Assembly: GCA_900315885.1 (NCBI GenBank)
Contig: ONAT01000004.1
Span: forward strand, 32,580 to 96,579
Source: an uncultured Erysipelotrichaceae bacterium
Lineage (GTDB): Bacteria > Bacillota_I > Bacilli_A > RFN20 > CAG-826
DNA length: 64,000 nt
Direction of reading: 5' to 3'
This document shows positions 1 through 9,952 of this stretch, one piece after another. The stretch's first letter is position 1; each line of letters opens with the position of its first letter. Under the pieces are notes generated by a model. That model saw only the letters and a program-made list of their open reading frames with translations. It did not search any database and was not told the DNA's origin. Made by a program: the position numbers and the translations under genes.

Positions 1-444
1 GTTCCAAACACTTATTCGCATTTAGAAAGATGCTTATATGCGACATATCTTACTTATGTTCCAGTGGAAGACTTATGTTATTCTTTAGTTACACATAAAG
101 ATGACAGAGGAGCGTTTGTTGAATTGTTAAAATCAAAATATCATGGACAAGTGTCAATTAACATTGCACATCCTGGCATTACAAAAGGAAATCACTGGCA
201 TAACACTAAAAATGAAAAATTTATTGTTTTAAAAGGGCATTGCCTAATTAAATTAAGAAAAATAGATGGTAATGAGATTATTACTTATGATGTTAAAGAT
301 AGTGATTTAAAAGTTGTGGATATCGCTCCTGGATACACTCACTCTATTCAAAACATAGGCAAAGAAGATTCGATAACATTAATGTGGTCAAGTGAAGTAT
401 TTGACCCTAATAATCTAGACACTATTTACTTGGAGGTGGAATAA
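1..444 (+). CDS. CapF/FnlB-like protein, C-terminal cupin domain; 5' end outside window
   Basis: The frame of ORF 64..444 is open back to base 1. Cupin-type motifs GNHWHNTKNEKF and GYTHSIQN are present. The stop abuts the start of a Cap5G/FnlC-type epimerase gene, the usual order in UDP-L-FucNAc clusters. Confidence 0.6.
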   Translation, partial: VPNTYSHLERCLYATYLTYVPVEDLCYSLVTHKDDRGAFVELLKSKYHGQVSINIAHPGITKGNHWHNTKNEKFIVLKGHCLIKLRKIDGNEIITYDVKDSDLKVVDIAPGYTHSIQNIGKEDSITLMWSSEVFDPNNLDTIYLEVE

Positions 445-1590
445 ATGAAGAAACTAAAAGTTATGACTATTGTGGGAACAAGACCAGAAATCATTAGATT
501 ATCGGAAGTTATTAAACTTGCAGATCAATATTTTAATCATATCTTAGTTCACACTGGTCAAAATTATGATTACAACTTAAATGAAGTATTCTTCCAAGAT
601 TTAAATTTAAGAAAACCAGATTACTGCTTAAATACAGTGGGAAATTCATTAGGTGAAACAATAGGAAATGTTATCGCTAAAACTTATGACTTAATGGTTC
701 AAGAAAAGCCAGATGCAGTTTTAATTTTAGGAGATACAAATTCATGTTTAGCAGCAATATCTGCAAAAAGATTGCATATTCCATTATTCCATATGGAAGC
801 GGGAAATCGTTCTTTTGATGAAAGACTTCCAGAAGAAACTAATCGCCGCATTGTTGACCATATTTCCGATGTTAATATGTGTTATTCCGAGAATGCTCGT
901 AAGTATTTATATTTAGAAGGTGCCCCAAAAGAAAGAACATTCGTAGTTGGATCACCAATGACTGAAGTATTAAACGCACATATCAAGGAAATAGAAAAAA
1001 GTGATGTTCTCGAACGTTTAAATTTAAAGAAAAAGGGCTATATTCTTTTATCCGCTCATCGCGAAGAAAATATTGATGACGAAAAAAGTTTTAATCGCTT
1101 GATGAAAACAGTTAATGTTTTAGCAGAAAAATATGATATGCCAATTTTATATTCTTGTCATCCACGTTCTGAAAAATTTATCAACAAACGTAACTTCATT
1201 TTTGATAAACGCGTTATTAAACATAAACCACTAGGATTTATTGATTATAACAAATTACAAATGGAAGCTTTCTGTGTAGTTTCGGATTCTGGCACATTAC
1301 CGGAGGAAGCAAGTTATTATTTATCAATCAAAAAACCTGTTCCTGCTGTTTGTATTCGAACATCAACAGAACGCCCAGAGGCTATGGATGCGGGGGATTT
1401 CATTTTAGCGGGAATAGGACAAAAAGAAGTGCTTCAAGCTATTGATTTAGCTATAAAGATGAATGAAGAAAGAAATCTTGGAGAACCATGCCGTTTTTAT
1501 ACTAGAAAACACGTATCAACTAAAGTGATTCGCATAATTCAATCTTACACAAACATTGTTAATGAGAATGTTTGGAAGAAAAGAAAATAG
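445..1590 (+). CDS. fnlC: UDP-N-acetylglucosamine 2-epimerase (non-hydrolysing), Cap5G/FnlC type
   Basis: N-terminus MTIVGTRPEIIRLS...HTGQNYDYNLNEVFFQDLNLRKPD is typical of the non-hydrolysing 2-epimerase family. Full length, 381 aa. Confidence 0.85.
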   Translation: MKKLKVMTIVGTRPEIIRLSEVIKLADQYFNHILVHTGQNYDYNLNEVFFQDLNLRKPDYCLNTVGNSLGETIGNVIAKTYDLMVQEKPDAVLILGDTNSCLAAISAKRLHIPLFHMEAGNRSFDERLPEETNRRIVDHISDVNMCYSENARKYLYLEGAPKERTFVVGSPMTEVLNAHIKEIEKSDVLERLNLKKKGYILLSAHREENIDDEKSFNRLMKTVNVLAEKYDMPILYSCHPRSEKFINKRNFIFDKRVIKHKPLGFIDYNKLQMEAFCVVSDSGTLPEEASYYLSIKKPVPAVCIRTSTERPEAMDAGDFILAGIGQKEVLQAIDLAIKMNEERNLGEPCRFYTRKHVSTKVIRIIQSYTNIVNENVWKKRK

Positions 1591-1600
1591 GTGCACGGTT

Positions 1601-2776
1601 ATGAAGATAGCAGTTGTAGGAATTGGCTATGTTGGTTGTGCATTGTCGCTTGCCTTAGCTAAAAACAATGAAGTTGTAGCTTTGGATATTAATATAGATA
1701 AAATTAACTATATTAACGAAGAAGAATATGATAGGATTGCTAATTTTTATGGTTTATCAAGCGATAATTTAAATATTAAGGCAACTAATAACGAAAAAGA
1801 AGCATATGAAAATGCGAAATATATTTTTGTTTGCGTTCCAACAAATTACGATGAAACTAAAGGGACTTTTAATGTCTCTATTGTCGAATCAGTTGTGGAA
1901 AGTATAGCAAAAATCAATCCTTTTGCAGTTATTGTTATTAAGTCCACAATACCACTAGGATTTACTAAAAAATTAGGTAAAAAGCATAAAGATTTAAAAA
2001 TTATGTTCTCACCTGAATTTTTAAGAGAAACTAAATGCTTATATGATATCTTAAATCCTTCAAGAGTGGTTGTGGGTATTAATTCAAAAAAAGACAAACA
2101 AATTGCTAATGAATTAATAAATATCTTAAAAAAATCAAGTGTTAATGACGCTAAATCTTTAATTGTGGATTCTCAAGAAGCAGAGGCAATTAAATTATTT
2201 TCTAACACATATTTAGCAATGCGTGTGGCATTTTTTAACGAGCTTGATACTTTTGCGGAAACACATAATTTATCCACAAAAAACATTATTGATGGTGTGT
2301 GTCTTGATTCGCGTATTGGTCATTTTTATAATAACCCTTCATTTGGTTATGGAGGATATTGTTTACCAAAAGACACAAAACAATTGAAAAACAATTTTGA
2401 AAATGTACCAGAAAAATTAATTACTGCGACAATTGAAAGCAATGATATACGAATTAGTCACATTGCTAAAAGTATTGAAAACAAAGTCAATAAGTCTGAC
2501 ATGATTGGAGTTTTCCGATTAGTAATGAAAAAAGGCTCGGATAATTTCCGTTCTTCCTCAATTCTAAAAGTGATTAAAATCCTTGTTGAAGATGGATATA
2601 AAGTTGAAATATATGAGCCTATTATCAACTCAAATGCTTTAGAAGGTGTTGCTATTAATAACGATTTAACTGATTTCTTTAATAAGTCAAAAATAATTGT
2701 TACTAATCGTTATTCACAAGAATTAGAACCAGTTAAAGAAAAAGTATATACTCGAGATTTATTTAATTATGAATAA
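1601..2776 (+). CDS. ugd: UDP-glucose 6-dehydrogenase family protein
   Basis: Rossmann start MKIAVVGIGYVG at ATG 1601 (the ORF-track start 1556 overlaps the upstream gene). Catalytic GGYCLPKD motif present. Confidence 0.85.
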   Translation: MKIAVVGIGYVGCALSLALAKNNEVVALDINIDKINYINEEEYDRIANFYGLSSDNLNIKATNNEKEAYENAKYIFVCVPTNYDETKGTFNVSIVESVVESIAKINPFAVIVIKSTIPLGFTKKLGKKHKDLKIMFSPEFLRETKCLYDILNPSRVVVGINSKKDKQIANELINILKKSSVNDAKSLIVDSQEAEAIKLFSNTYLAMRVAFFNELDTFAETHNLSTKNIIDGVCLDSRIGHFYNNPSFGYGGYCLPKDTKQLKNNFENVPEKLITATIESNDIRISHIAKSIENKVNKSDMIGVFRLVMKKGSDNFRSSSILKVIKILVEDGYKVEIYEPIINSNALEGVAINNDLTDFFNKSKIIVTNRYSQELEPVKEKVYTRDLFNYE

Positions 2777-2808
2777 AACACTTCACGACGGAAGTGTTTT
2801 ACTTTTTG
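2776..2808. terminator. Rho-independent terminator (hairpin AAACACTTC / GAAGTGTTT then T-run)
   Basis: Perfect 9-bp stem directly after the ugd stop, followed by TTTTACTTTTT. Confidence 0.7.
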
Positions 2809-2969
2809 ATATCTAAGTGTATTTCTTTAAAACAAGGCTCTTCTTGAGGACCTGTTTGCGATTCTTCATATATTATGTCATCACTTGCCATTTCATTGAG
2901 AATCTTTTCTTTGTCTTTTATAATATCAATTCTTTCATATTTTTTATTTTTCTTCCTTTTCTTTTTCAT
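2799..2969 (-). CDS. Small lysine-rich hypothetical protein (56 aa, MKKKRKKNKKYERIDIIKDKEK...)
   Basis: Below the ORF-track cutoff. ATG at 2969 is preceded by AGGTGAAAATATG (SD-like), and the stop lies inside the ugd terminator hairpin. No family recognised. Confidence 0.2.
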   Translation of the reverse strand: MKKKRKKNKKYERIDIIKDKEKILNEMASDDIIYEESQTGPQEEPCFKEIHLDIKK

Positions 2970-3051
2970 ATTTTCACCTCATAGTTATTTTCTTTCATTA
3001 ATTTGTATATAATACTGGTTAAAAATGCTATATTATTTTTAGGTGATTATT

Positions 3052-3579
3052 ATGCATATTTTTAAGCATTTGCACACGATTAACAAGCATCGTCGACTTG
3101 TGCGTAAATATTGTTTTAAACTTGGCATTCCTTGGCAAGGGATGATTCATGATTTGTCCAAATACTCTTTTGTAGAATTTTTTAACGGGGCTAAATATTA
3201 CCAAGGGACTAGAAGTCCAAATGATCGAGAAAGAGAAGTTAAAGGATATTCGGAAGCTTGGATGCACCATAAAGGGAGAAACAAACATCATTATGAATAT
3301 TGGATAGATGTAAATAATGAAACACGTGAATATGAAGCAAAAGAAATACCTATCAAATATCTTAAAGAGATGTTAGCTGATCGTATAGCGGCGTCGCGTG
3401 TTTATAAAGGCAAAGACTATACAGATGCCGCACCATATGACTATTTTGTTACACATATGGCAATTCGTAATATGAATCCTAAAAGCATTGAAATTATGAA
3501 AGATTGGCTTTTATATTTGAAATTACATGGGGAAAAAGAAACAATTAAATACATCAAAAAGAATTATCCTCACAAGTAA
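3052..3579 (+). CDS. Hypothetical protein, DUF5662-like (recollection only)
   Basis: AGGTGA then ATG 3052. The HDLSKYS..EFF...YYQG.RSP...GY..AW.HHKGRNKHHYEYW pattern matches what I recall of DUF5662 proteins. Followed by a terminator. Confidence 0.6.
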   Translation: MHIFKHLHTINKHRRLVRKYCFKLGIPWQGMIHDLSKYSFVEFFNGAKYYQGTRSPNDREREVKGYSEAWMHHKGRNKHHYEYWIDVNNETREYEAKEIPIKYLKEMLADRIAASRVYKGKDYTDAAPYDYFVTHMAIRNMNPKSIEIMKDWLLYLKLHGEKETIKYIKKNYPHK

Positions 3580-3600
3580 TACTTTTATTGAGTATCAATA

Positions 3601-3630
3601 AACACCTTGTTTTTCAAGGTGTTTTTTCTT
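3601..3630 (+). terminator. Rho-independent terminator (AACACCTTG / CAAGGTGTT + T-run)
   Basis: 9-bp perfect stem, loop TTTTT, followed by TTTTTTCTT. Confidence 0.7.
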
Positions 3631-3659
3631 AAAATAATAGCAAGAAGTTGGTGAAGTAC

Positions 3660-5390
3660 ATGTTAAAAAGGTTTGTCTATTATTATAAAGATCATCGTCT
3701 AATGTTCGCATTAGATATGACTGCTTCATTTTTTATTGCTTTAATTGGTTTAGGCTATCCTATTTTAACGAGATTACTTTTACATACCTTTATTCCTAAT
3801 GGGAATGTATCTAAGATTGTTTGGTCTGGTTTAGGACTACTCGGTATTTATGCAGTACGCATGTTGCTTCGTTATTTTATTCAATATTATGGACACGTGA
3901 TTGGTGTTGAAATGCAAGCTCAAATGCGAAGAGATTTATTCAATAAATTACAGAAACTGCCTTATTCTTTTTATGATGAACATGAGTCGGGCAAAATTAT
4001 GTCGCGTATGAGTGTTGATTTAATGGATATAAGTGAATTAGCACATCATGGACCAGAAAACTTCTTTATTTGCGGTATCTCAATTATCGGCTCATTTGTT
4101 TATTTGGCAATTTTCGTTAATCTAACACTTACATTAATTATCTTTGCTTGTGTACCAATTTTAGTAACTATTTCAATTATTTTGAGAAAGCGCATGCTAG
4201 GTGCTTTTAAAAAGTCTCGTGAAGCAATTGCGCTTATTAATGCTTCAGTGGAAAGCAGTATTACAGGTATTAGAGTTACGAAAGCTTTTAATAACACGGA
4301 GAAAGAAACAGAAAAATTCGAACACAGTAATGAAGAATTTGTAAAAGCAAGAACAGGTGTCTTTAAAAATATGGCACAATTTATGTCCACGACTGAATTT
4401 GTCACAGATGCTTTCAATGTTATTGTTATTGTGGCAGGTGGTTTATTCTTAATTCAAGGAAAAATTGATGCGGTAGATTACACGACATTTATTACTTCAT
4501 TAAGCTTGTTCTTATCACCAATCAACACTTTGACAAGATTTATTGAACAACTACAAGATGGAATTACAGGCTTCCAACGTTTCTTAGAAATTATGGATCA
4601 AAAAGAAGAAGACCTTAATTTATCCGGAATTAATTTAAATGATGTTAAGGGCGATATTGAATTAAGGGATGTATCATTTAATTATGAAACATCCGGAGAA
4701 ATCTTACATGATGTCAATTTAAAAATCAAACACGGAACAATGCTTGCTTTAGTGGGAGAATCCGGAGGAGGGAAAACCACGATTTGTCACATTATTCCAA
4801 GATTTTATAAAATAAATTCTGGCCACATATTAATTGATGGACATGATATTGATGACCTTAACATTGTTTCTTTAAGAGACAATATTGGAATAGTTCAACA
4901 AGATGTGTTCTTATTTAATGGCACAATAAGAGATAACATATTATATGGAAAACTTAATGCAACAGAGGAAGAATTAATTGAAGCAAGTAAAAATGCTGGA
5001 ATTTATGATTATGTTATGAGTTTACCTAAAGGTTTTGAGACTGTTGTAGGTGAACGTGGTGTTAAGTTATCGGGTGGACAAAAACAAAGAATATCAATTG
5101 CGAGAGTATTTTTAAAGAATCCAGCAATTCTTATTCTTGATGAAGCGACTTCAGCCTTAGATAACGCGACTGAAATGGCAATTCAAAAAGCTTTAGATAA
5201 TTTAACTAAGGGAAGAACCACGATTGTGGTAGCGCACCGTTTATCCACAATTAAAAACGCTGATGAAATTGCGGTTATTTCTGGTGGAATGGTAAAAGAA
5301 ATAGGTTCACATGAAGAATTATTAAAAAATAGGAAGGAATATTATGCTTTATATCAAGCACAATTTAAAGTAAACGAGAATGAAGACTAA
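3660..5390 (+). CDS. ABC transporter ATP-binding/permease fusion (type I exporter, MsbA-like)
   Basis: N-terminal 6-TM domain. Walker A GESGGGKTT, signature LSGGQKQRISIAR, Walker B ILILDEATSALD. Confidence 0.9.
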   Translation: MLKRFVYYYKDHRLMFALDMTASFFIALIGLGYPILTRLLLHTFIPNGNVSKIVWSGLGLLGIYAVRMLLRYFIQYYGHVIGVEMQAQMRRDLFNKLQKLPYSFYDEHESGKIMSRMSVDLMDISELAHHGPENFFICGISIIGSFVYLAIFVNLTLTLIIFACVPILVTISIILRKRMLGAFKKSREAIALINASVESSITGIRVTKAFNNTEKETEKFEHSNEEFVKARTGVFKNMAQFMSTTEFVTDAFNVIVIVAGGLFLIQGKIDAVDYTTFITSLSLFLSPINTLTRFIEQLQDGITGFQRFLEIMDQKEEDLNLSGINLNDVKGDIELRDVSFNYETSGEILHDVNLKIKHGTMLALVGESGGGKTTICHIIPRFYKINSGHILIDGHDIDDLNIVSLRDNIGIVQQDVFLFNGTIRDNILYGKLNATEEELIEASKNAGIYDYVMSLPKGFETVVGERGVKLSGGQKQRISIARVFLKNPAILILDEATSALDNATEMAIQKALDNLTKGRTTIVVAHRLSTIKNADEIAVISGGMVKEIGSHEELLKNRKEYYALYQAQFKVNENED

Positions 5391-5796
5391 AGAAATATGG
5401 CGTTTTATTAAATTTACATTATTTTCAATTTCAGCAGGAGTTATTCAATTTGGTTCTTTTGCACTTTTTAATGAAGTAATTTTCCATGATGGCGAGTTTG
5501 GTTTATCATACTTTTTATCTTTGGTGTTATCAATCTTATGGAATTTTACTTTTAATTTTAAATTCACCTTTAAGGCCGCGACAAATGTGCCAAAGGCTAT
5601 GGCTCTAGCATTCTTGTTCTATGTGTTCTTCACCCCTATTAGTGTCTTTGGTGGCAATTGTTTAACGAAAGAATGTGGATGGAATAATTATCTTGTGGAA
5701 GCAATTATGATGGTATCTAATTTTATTTTAGAATTCTTTTGGTCTAAATATGTCACATATCGAAATAAAATTGATACTAAGCCAACTACAGAATAA
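5380..5796 (+). CDS. GtrA family membrane protein
   Basis: 138 aa, 4 hydrophobic segments. FIKF.LFS..AGVIQ and WNFTFNFKFTFK resemble GtrA-like proteins. An 11-nt overlap with the exporter stop suggests translational coupling. Confidence 0.7.
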   Translation: MKTKEIWRFIKFTLFSISAGVIQFGSFALFNEVIFHDGEFGLSYFLSLVLSILWNFTFNFKFTFKAATNVPKAMALAFLFYVFFTPISVFGGNCLTKECGWNNYLVEAIMMVSNFILEFFWSKYVTYRNKIDTKPTTE

Positions 5797-5839
5797 TTAA
5801 TAAGGATAGTAATAAAGCATTTATTAATTATTAAATAAA

Positions 5840-5848
5840 TGATATAAT
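5840..5848 (+). promoter_or_regulatory. Extended -10 element TGATATAAT
   Basis: TGnTATAAT lies 28 nt upstream of ATG 5876. It sits where the ORF-track start 5849 would be, which supports ATG 5876 as the true start. Confidence 0.4.
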
Positions 5849-5875
5849 TTGAATAGCAAAGGAGATTATATAAAT

Positions 5876-6544
5876 ATGTATACATTAATTGATAGAATTA
5901 TTTCCGTTTTTGGAACATTTGAATTAACAGAGGATAAAATCAAAGCTATTGGTACTCACTTCCCAGAATTAAAAGTTGGTATTGGCAAAGATCCACATGG
6001 AAATGTTGCAGGTAGAATCCAAGATCCTAATGGAAAATCACCACTTGCTTTAGGTTTTAGCCGTAATAGAGTTGATTGCTTCTTAGGGGCTGCAACTAGC
6101 AAAGATAGCCGTACTGAATTATTAAAAATGATTGATGCACTTGTCGTAGCATTAGATGAAATCAAAGACTATGGCATTAACCGTCTTGCATATAATGGTC
6201 GTGCTTTCTTAGAAGACAGTATGGGTGTAAAACGTGTTCTTTTAGGTAGTAAAGTTCCTCTATTAAACACAGATTCACCAATGATTGAAACATCTATTAG
6301 ACTCAATTATCGTGAAGAATATTTAAATGAAGAAATTAACAATATTATTTCTATCCAAGATGGAAATGTAACATCAAAGGAAACAAATGCATCAACAAAA
6401 GCTTTAATTATGGGCGCTGATGTTAACACAATTGGACAAAAACAAGAAGCTAGATTTACAAAGGATGATTTTGAACCAATGTTTATTCATTTCTTAGAAT
6501 TAGCTACTAAATCATTTGAAGATCTTGATGAATTATTAAAGTAA
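5876..6544 (+). CDS. Hypothetical protein
   Basis: AAGGAG lies 11 nt upstream of ATG 5876. 222 aa soluble protein, no family recognised. Confidence 0.6.
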   Translation: MYTLIDRIISVFGTFELTEDKIKAIGTHFPELKVGIGKDPHGNVAGRIQDPNGKSPLALGFSRNRVDCFLGAATSKDSRTELLKMIDALVVALDEIKDYGINRLAYNGRAFLEDSMGVKRVLLGSKVPLLNTDSPMIETSIRLNYREEYLNEEINNIISIQDGNVTSKETNASTKALIMGADVNTIGQKQEARFTKDDFEPMFIHFLELATKSFEDLDELLK

Positions 6545-6549
6545 AAAAA

Positions 6550-6585
6550 GAAGCGATATGTTATTAGCATGTCGCTTTTCTTTTG
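6550..6585. terminator. Bidirectional terminator between convergent genes
   Basis: Hairpin GAAGCGATATG / CATGTCGCTTT with an A-run upstream and a T-run downstream. Confidence 0.65.
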
Positions 6586-6591
6586 CCTTTA

Positions 6592-7239
6592 TTAAATATG
6601 TTTTAATAGTTCTTTAGGACTATCGATAATTATTTGTGCTTGATGAGATTTAAGAAATTCTTTACTTCTAAATCCCCATGAAACAGAAATACAAGGTAAG
6701 CCTGCATTTTTAGCAGTGGCTATATCAACATCTGAATCACCAACAAAGACACATTCATTGTTTGTATAATTAAAATGATGCATAGCTTCTAAAGTTGATT
6801 CAGGATTTGGCTTAGTTTTATTAAAGTCACGAGTGCCAATTGTTATGTCAATTAAATCGTTAAAATACAAATTGACAAGTGCTTTAGCGGCAACATCGTT
6901 TTTATTGGATATTACAGCAGTGTGATATCCTTTTTCTTTTAGTGTTTTAAGTAATTCGATTATCTCATCATAAGGTTTGGTAAAAACTTTATCATGTGAT
7001 AAATAGTAATTAATGAAATCGTTATATGCCTCAGCGTATGTTTCTTCATCAACATTAGATGGCAAAGCACGTTTCATTAAAACTTTTGTTCCATTTCCAA
7101 CGAATTCTCTAACTTCTTCAAGTGTCCTTTTTGGGAACCCTTGCGAAATTAAAGCGTAATTGACTGCGTTTTTTAAATCAGTTAGAGTGTCGAGCAATGT
7201 GCCATCAAGATCAAAAATAATTAACTTATATTTTTGCAT
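6592..7239 (-). CDS. HAD-superfamily hydrolase (phosphoglycolate phosphatase-like)
   Basis: Motif I FDLDGTLLDT, motif II ISNK, motif IV GDSDVD. Confidence 0.8.
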   Translation of the reverse strand: MQKYKLIIFDLDGTLLDTLTDLKNAVNYALISQGFPKRTLEEVREFVGNGTKVLMKRALPSNVDEETYAEAYNDFINYYLSHDKVFTKPYDEIIELLKTLKEKGYHTAVISNKNDVAAKALVNLYFNDLIDITIGTRDFNKTKPNPESTLEAMHHFNYTNNECVFVGDSDVDIATAKNAGLPCISVSWGFRSKEFLKSHQAQIIIDSPKELLKHI

Positions 7240-7243
7240 AAAA

Positions 7244-8086
7244 CTATTCTCCTTTGATAATTGCGTTATAAATTACGTTTTTACTTACATTATATTTTTC
7301 ACTTGCAAGTTTTGCGGCAAGTTTAGTGTTAACACCATTTTTAATTAATTCTTTAGCGTAAGATAAAACAACATCTAAATTTATTTGTTTATCTTCTTTT
7401 TCGCCATCCACAACAATAACCATTTCGCCTTTTAATGTATTAGCATCTAAGGAAGCAAGAGTATTTAAATCTTCACGGATAAATTCTTCAAATCTTTTAG
7501 TTAGTTCACGAGCTATACATGCTTTTCGATTGCCTAAAACATCTTTTAAATCCAAAAGCGTATCAGTTATACGATGTGGAGATTCATAAAAAACCATTGT
7601 TTCTTTCTTGTGTTTTAAATCTTCAAGTTCTTTTAATCTTGCAGATTGTTTGCTAGCTAAGAAGCCATGGAAGTAAAAGTGTGAAGTATCTAAACCAGAA
7701 CCCACTAAAGCGTTAAGCATTGCGTTTGGTCCAGAAATAACACTTACTTTAAATCCGTTTTCTAATGCTTTTACCACCAAGCGATGACCTGGGTCAGAAA
7801 TACCAGGATAACCAGCATCAGAGACATAAGCAATATTTCCAGTTTCTAAATATTTTAATAATTCTTCACTTGCCATCTCTTCGTTATGTTCATGACAAGA
7901 GATTAGTTTGTTGCTAATGCCAAAATTTGCTAGTAATTGTTTACTAACACGGGTATCTTCACATCCAATTGCTAAAACGGATTTTAAGATGTTAATTGCT
8001 CGAGGATTCATTTCTTCTAAGTTACCAATTGGCGTTGGAATTAGATATAAAATATGCAAATTTTCATCAAAATTCCTATTTCTCAT
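7244..8086 (-). CDS. rsmI: 16S rRNA (cytidine1402-2'-O)-methyltransferase
   Basis: LYLIPTPIGNLEEM...EDTR and SDAGYPGISDPG motifs. Conserved position after yaaT. Confidence 0.9.
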   Translation of the reverse strand: MRNRNFDENLHILYLIPTPIGNLEEMNPRAINILKSVLAIGCEDTRVSKQLLANFGISNKLISCHEHNEEMASEELLKYLETGNIAYVSDAGYPGISDPGHRLVVKALENGFKVSVISGPNAMLNALVGSGLDTSHFYFHGFLASKQSARLKELEDLKHKKETMVFYESPHRITDTLLDLKDVLGNRKACIARELTKRFEEFIREDLNTLASLDANTLKGEMVIVVDGEKEDKQINLDVVLSYAKELIKNGVNTKLAAKLASEKYNVSKNVIYNAIIKGE

Positions 8087-8966
8087 TGTATTTATTGTCC
8101 TTCATACATTTTTTAACCACGTCTAAATCAACAAAAACAACATTTTCACTATTTTCAAGCTTGATTTGGCGAGTTAAAACGTTCATTGATGTAATCTTGA
8201 ATTGTTCATTGTTATAAATAATACGAGTACCCAATCTTGGATAGCCTTCTTTAAGCTCAGTATAGGCATCATCTTCGTATTTTAAGCAACAAATGAGTTT
8301 ACCACAATGTCCCGATAATTTAGGAATATTAAGAGATAACATTTGATTTTTAGCACGATTTATAGAAATACCATCAAATTCATTTAAGAAAGTAGAGCAA
8401 CATAATGGCAAGCCACATATACCAATTCCTCCGACAATTTTAGCTTTATCACGGGTACCAATTTGACGTAATTCAATTCTACAATGTAGTTGAGCAGCTA
8501 AAACTTTTAATAATTCACGGAAATCAACACGATTATCCGCTAAATAAGAAAAGATAACTTTACTGCGGTCAAGTGTATATTCACATGTAATAAGACGCAT
8601 ATCTAAGTTTAAATTTTTGACTTCGCGTGTACAAATTTCTAACGCGTTTTGTGCAAGAGTAAGGTTTTCTTTTGCATTTGCAATATCTTCTTCACTAGCT
8701 CTACGAATTATTGGTTTAAGTTCAAGAGTTAATTTGTATTTTTCCATTGGCAATACTTCAGTGTCTACTTTTCCAAGTTCTAAACCGCGGACAGTTTCAA
8801 TGACAACATATTCACCAATTTTTAAATCACTTATATTTGTAGAAAAGAAGTACGCTTTCGCTGATGCGTTCATTTTTATTGCCACATAATAGTCATATTT
8901 TATTTGTTCTTGTGGTGTGTCTTCTTTAATTTCTTCGTTAGTGTTGTTGACTAATTCTTCCATCAC
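8076..8966 (-). CDS. ricT: PSP1 domain protein YaaT/RicT
   Basis: PSP1 C-terminal region with cysteine cluster GICGLPLCC...GHCGKLICCL. Synteny holB-yaaT. Confidence 0.85.
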   Translation of the reverse strand: MMEELVNNTNEEIKEDTPQEQIKYDYYVAIKMNASAKAYFFSTNISDLKIGEYVVIETVRGLELGKVDTEVLPMEKYKLTLELKPIIRRASEEDIANAKENLTLAQNALEICTREVKNLNLDMRLITCEYTLDRSKVIFSYLADNRVDFRELLKVLAAQLHCRIELRQIGTRDKAKIVGGIGICGLPLCCSTFLNEFDGISINRAKNQMLSLNIPKLSGHCGKLICCLKYEDDAYTELKEGYPRLGTRIIYNNEQFKITSMNVLTRQIKLENSENVVFVDLDVVKKCMKDNKYNEK

Positions 8967-9949
8967 TATTCATCTCCTTTTAGTATATATTGGATAACAT
9001 GGTCTATTAATAAACCAATATTGATATTCATATCAATTTGTCCTCTTGAGGCCATAATAGTAAGCAAAGAGGCTTGAATGTGTTTTAATTTGCTAGTAAT
9101 TATTTTAAATTCTTCTATGTGTGTCTTTAAAAACACATCACTATTTATTGTTATATTAAGTAAATCTTGAAATACGATAGTTAGCATATCAAGATAATAT
9201 CTTGCAGATTCTTTTGTTTTAATATTTGGTGTAACTTCCTGATGGATTTGGACAAAAGCAAGATTGTTGTTTTTTTGTAATGCATCGATTGTAGATAACA
9301 AACAATTCTTAGCATTTATAAAATCAGCATCAGTTTCTTTTTCTTTTATTAATTCGGCATTGTTAAAGAAATTACACAAGAGTTCAGCATCTTCTTCGTT
9401 AACGCCAAGTTTAATAGCTTCAGTTTTGATAATGCTTTTATCAATACTTTTAAGATGCATTGTTTGGCTACGAGATACGATGGTAGGAAGAACACGAGAT
9501 TCATTTTCACATGTTAAAAAGGCAAAAATGTTATCACTTGGTTCTTCTAGAAATTTAAGTAAGGCATTGATAGCTTCTTGAGTCATATTCTCAACGTGAT
9601 TAATGATATAAATCATTTTTCCTTTTGATTCCACTGCGCTTGTTTCAAATCTTTCTTCAATAACTTGAACATCCTCTTTTTTGATAGTTCTTAATGCTCC
9701 ATCAATAATAATTAAGTCAGCGTAGTTACCATCATCGATTCTTAAACAAGTTAAACAGTGTTCACAAGCTAAAGGGTTTGGAGAATCACAGACAAGACTT
9801 TTAGCTAAATAAGTTGCGACCTCTAATAAAGGTGTGCCTTGTTCACCGACAAGTAAGTAAGCATGCGAAAGGTGTGCAGTATTCAAAGCATTGAAAAATG
9901 TTTGATATACTACATTTTGTTTTTCCTTTAAGTACTTACCTACTAACAT
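8966..9949 (-). CDS. holB: DNA polymerase III subunit delta'
   Basis: LSHAYLLVGEQGT, zinc module CDSPNPLACEHCLTC, and SRSQ sensor motif (PTIVSRSQ). Synteny with tmk. Confidence 0.85.
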   Translation of the reverse strand: MLVGKYLKEKQNVVYQTFFNALNTAHLSHAYLLVGEQGTPLLEVATYLAKSLVCDSPNPLACEHCLTCLRIDDGNYADLIIIDGALRTIKKEDVQVIEERFETSAVESKGKMIYIINHVENMTQEAINALLKFLEEPSDNIFAFLTCENESRVLPTIVSRSQTMHLKSIDKSIIKTEAIKLGVNEEDAELLCNFFNNAELIKEKETDADFINAKNCLLSTIDALQKNNNLAFVQIHQEVTPNIKTKESARYYLDMLTIVFQDLLNITINSDVFLKTHIEEFKIITSKLKHIQASLLTIMASRGQIDMNINIGLLIDHVIQYILKGDE

Positions 9950-9952
9950 ATT

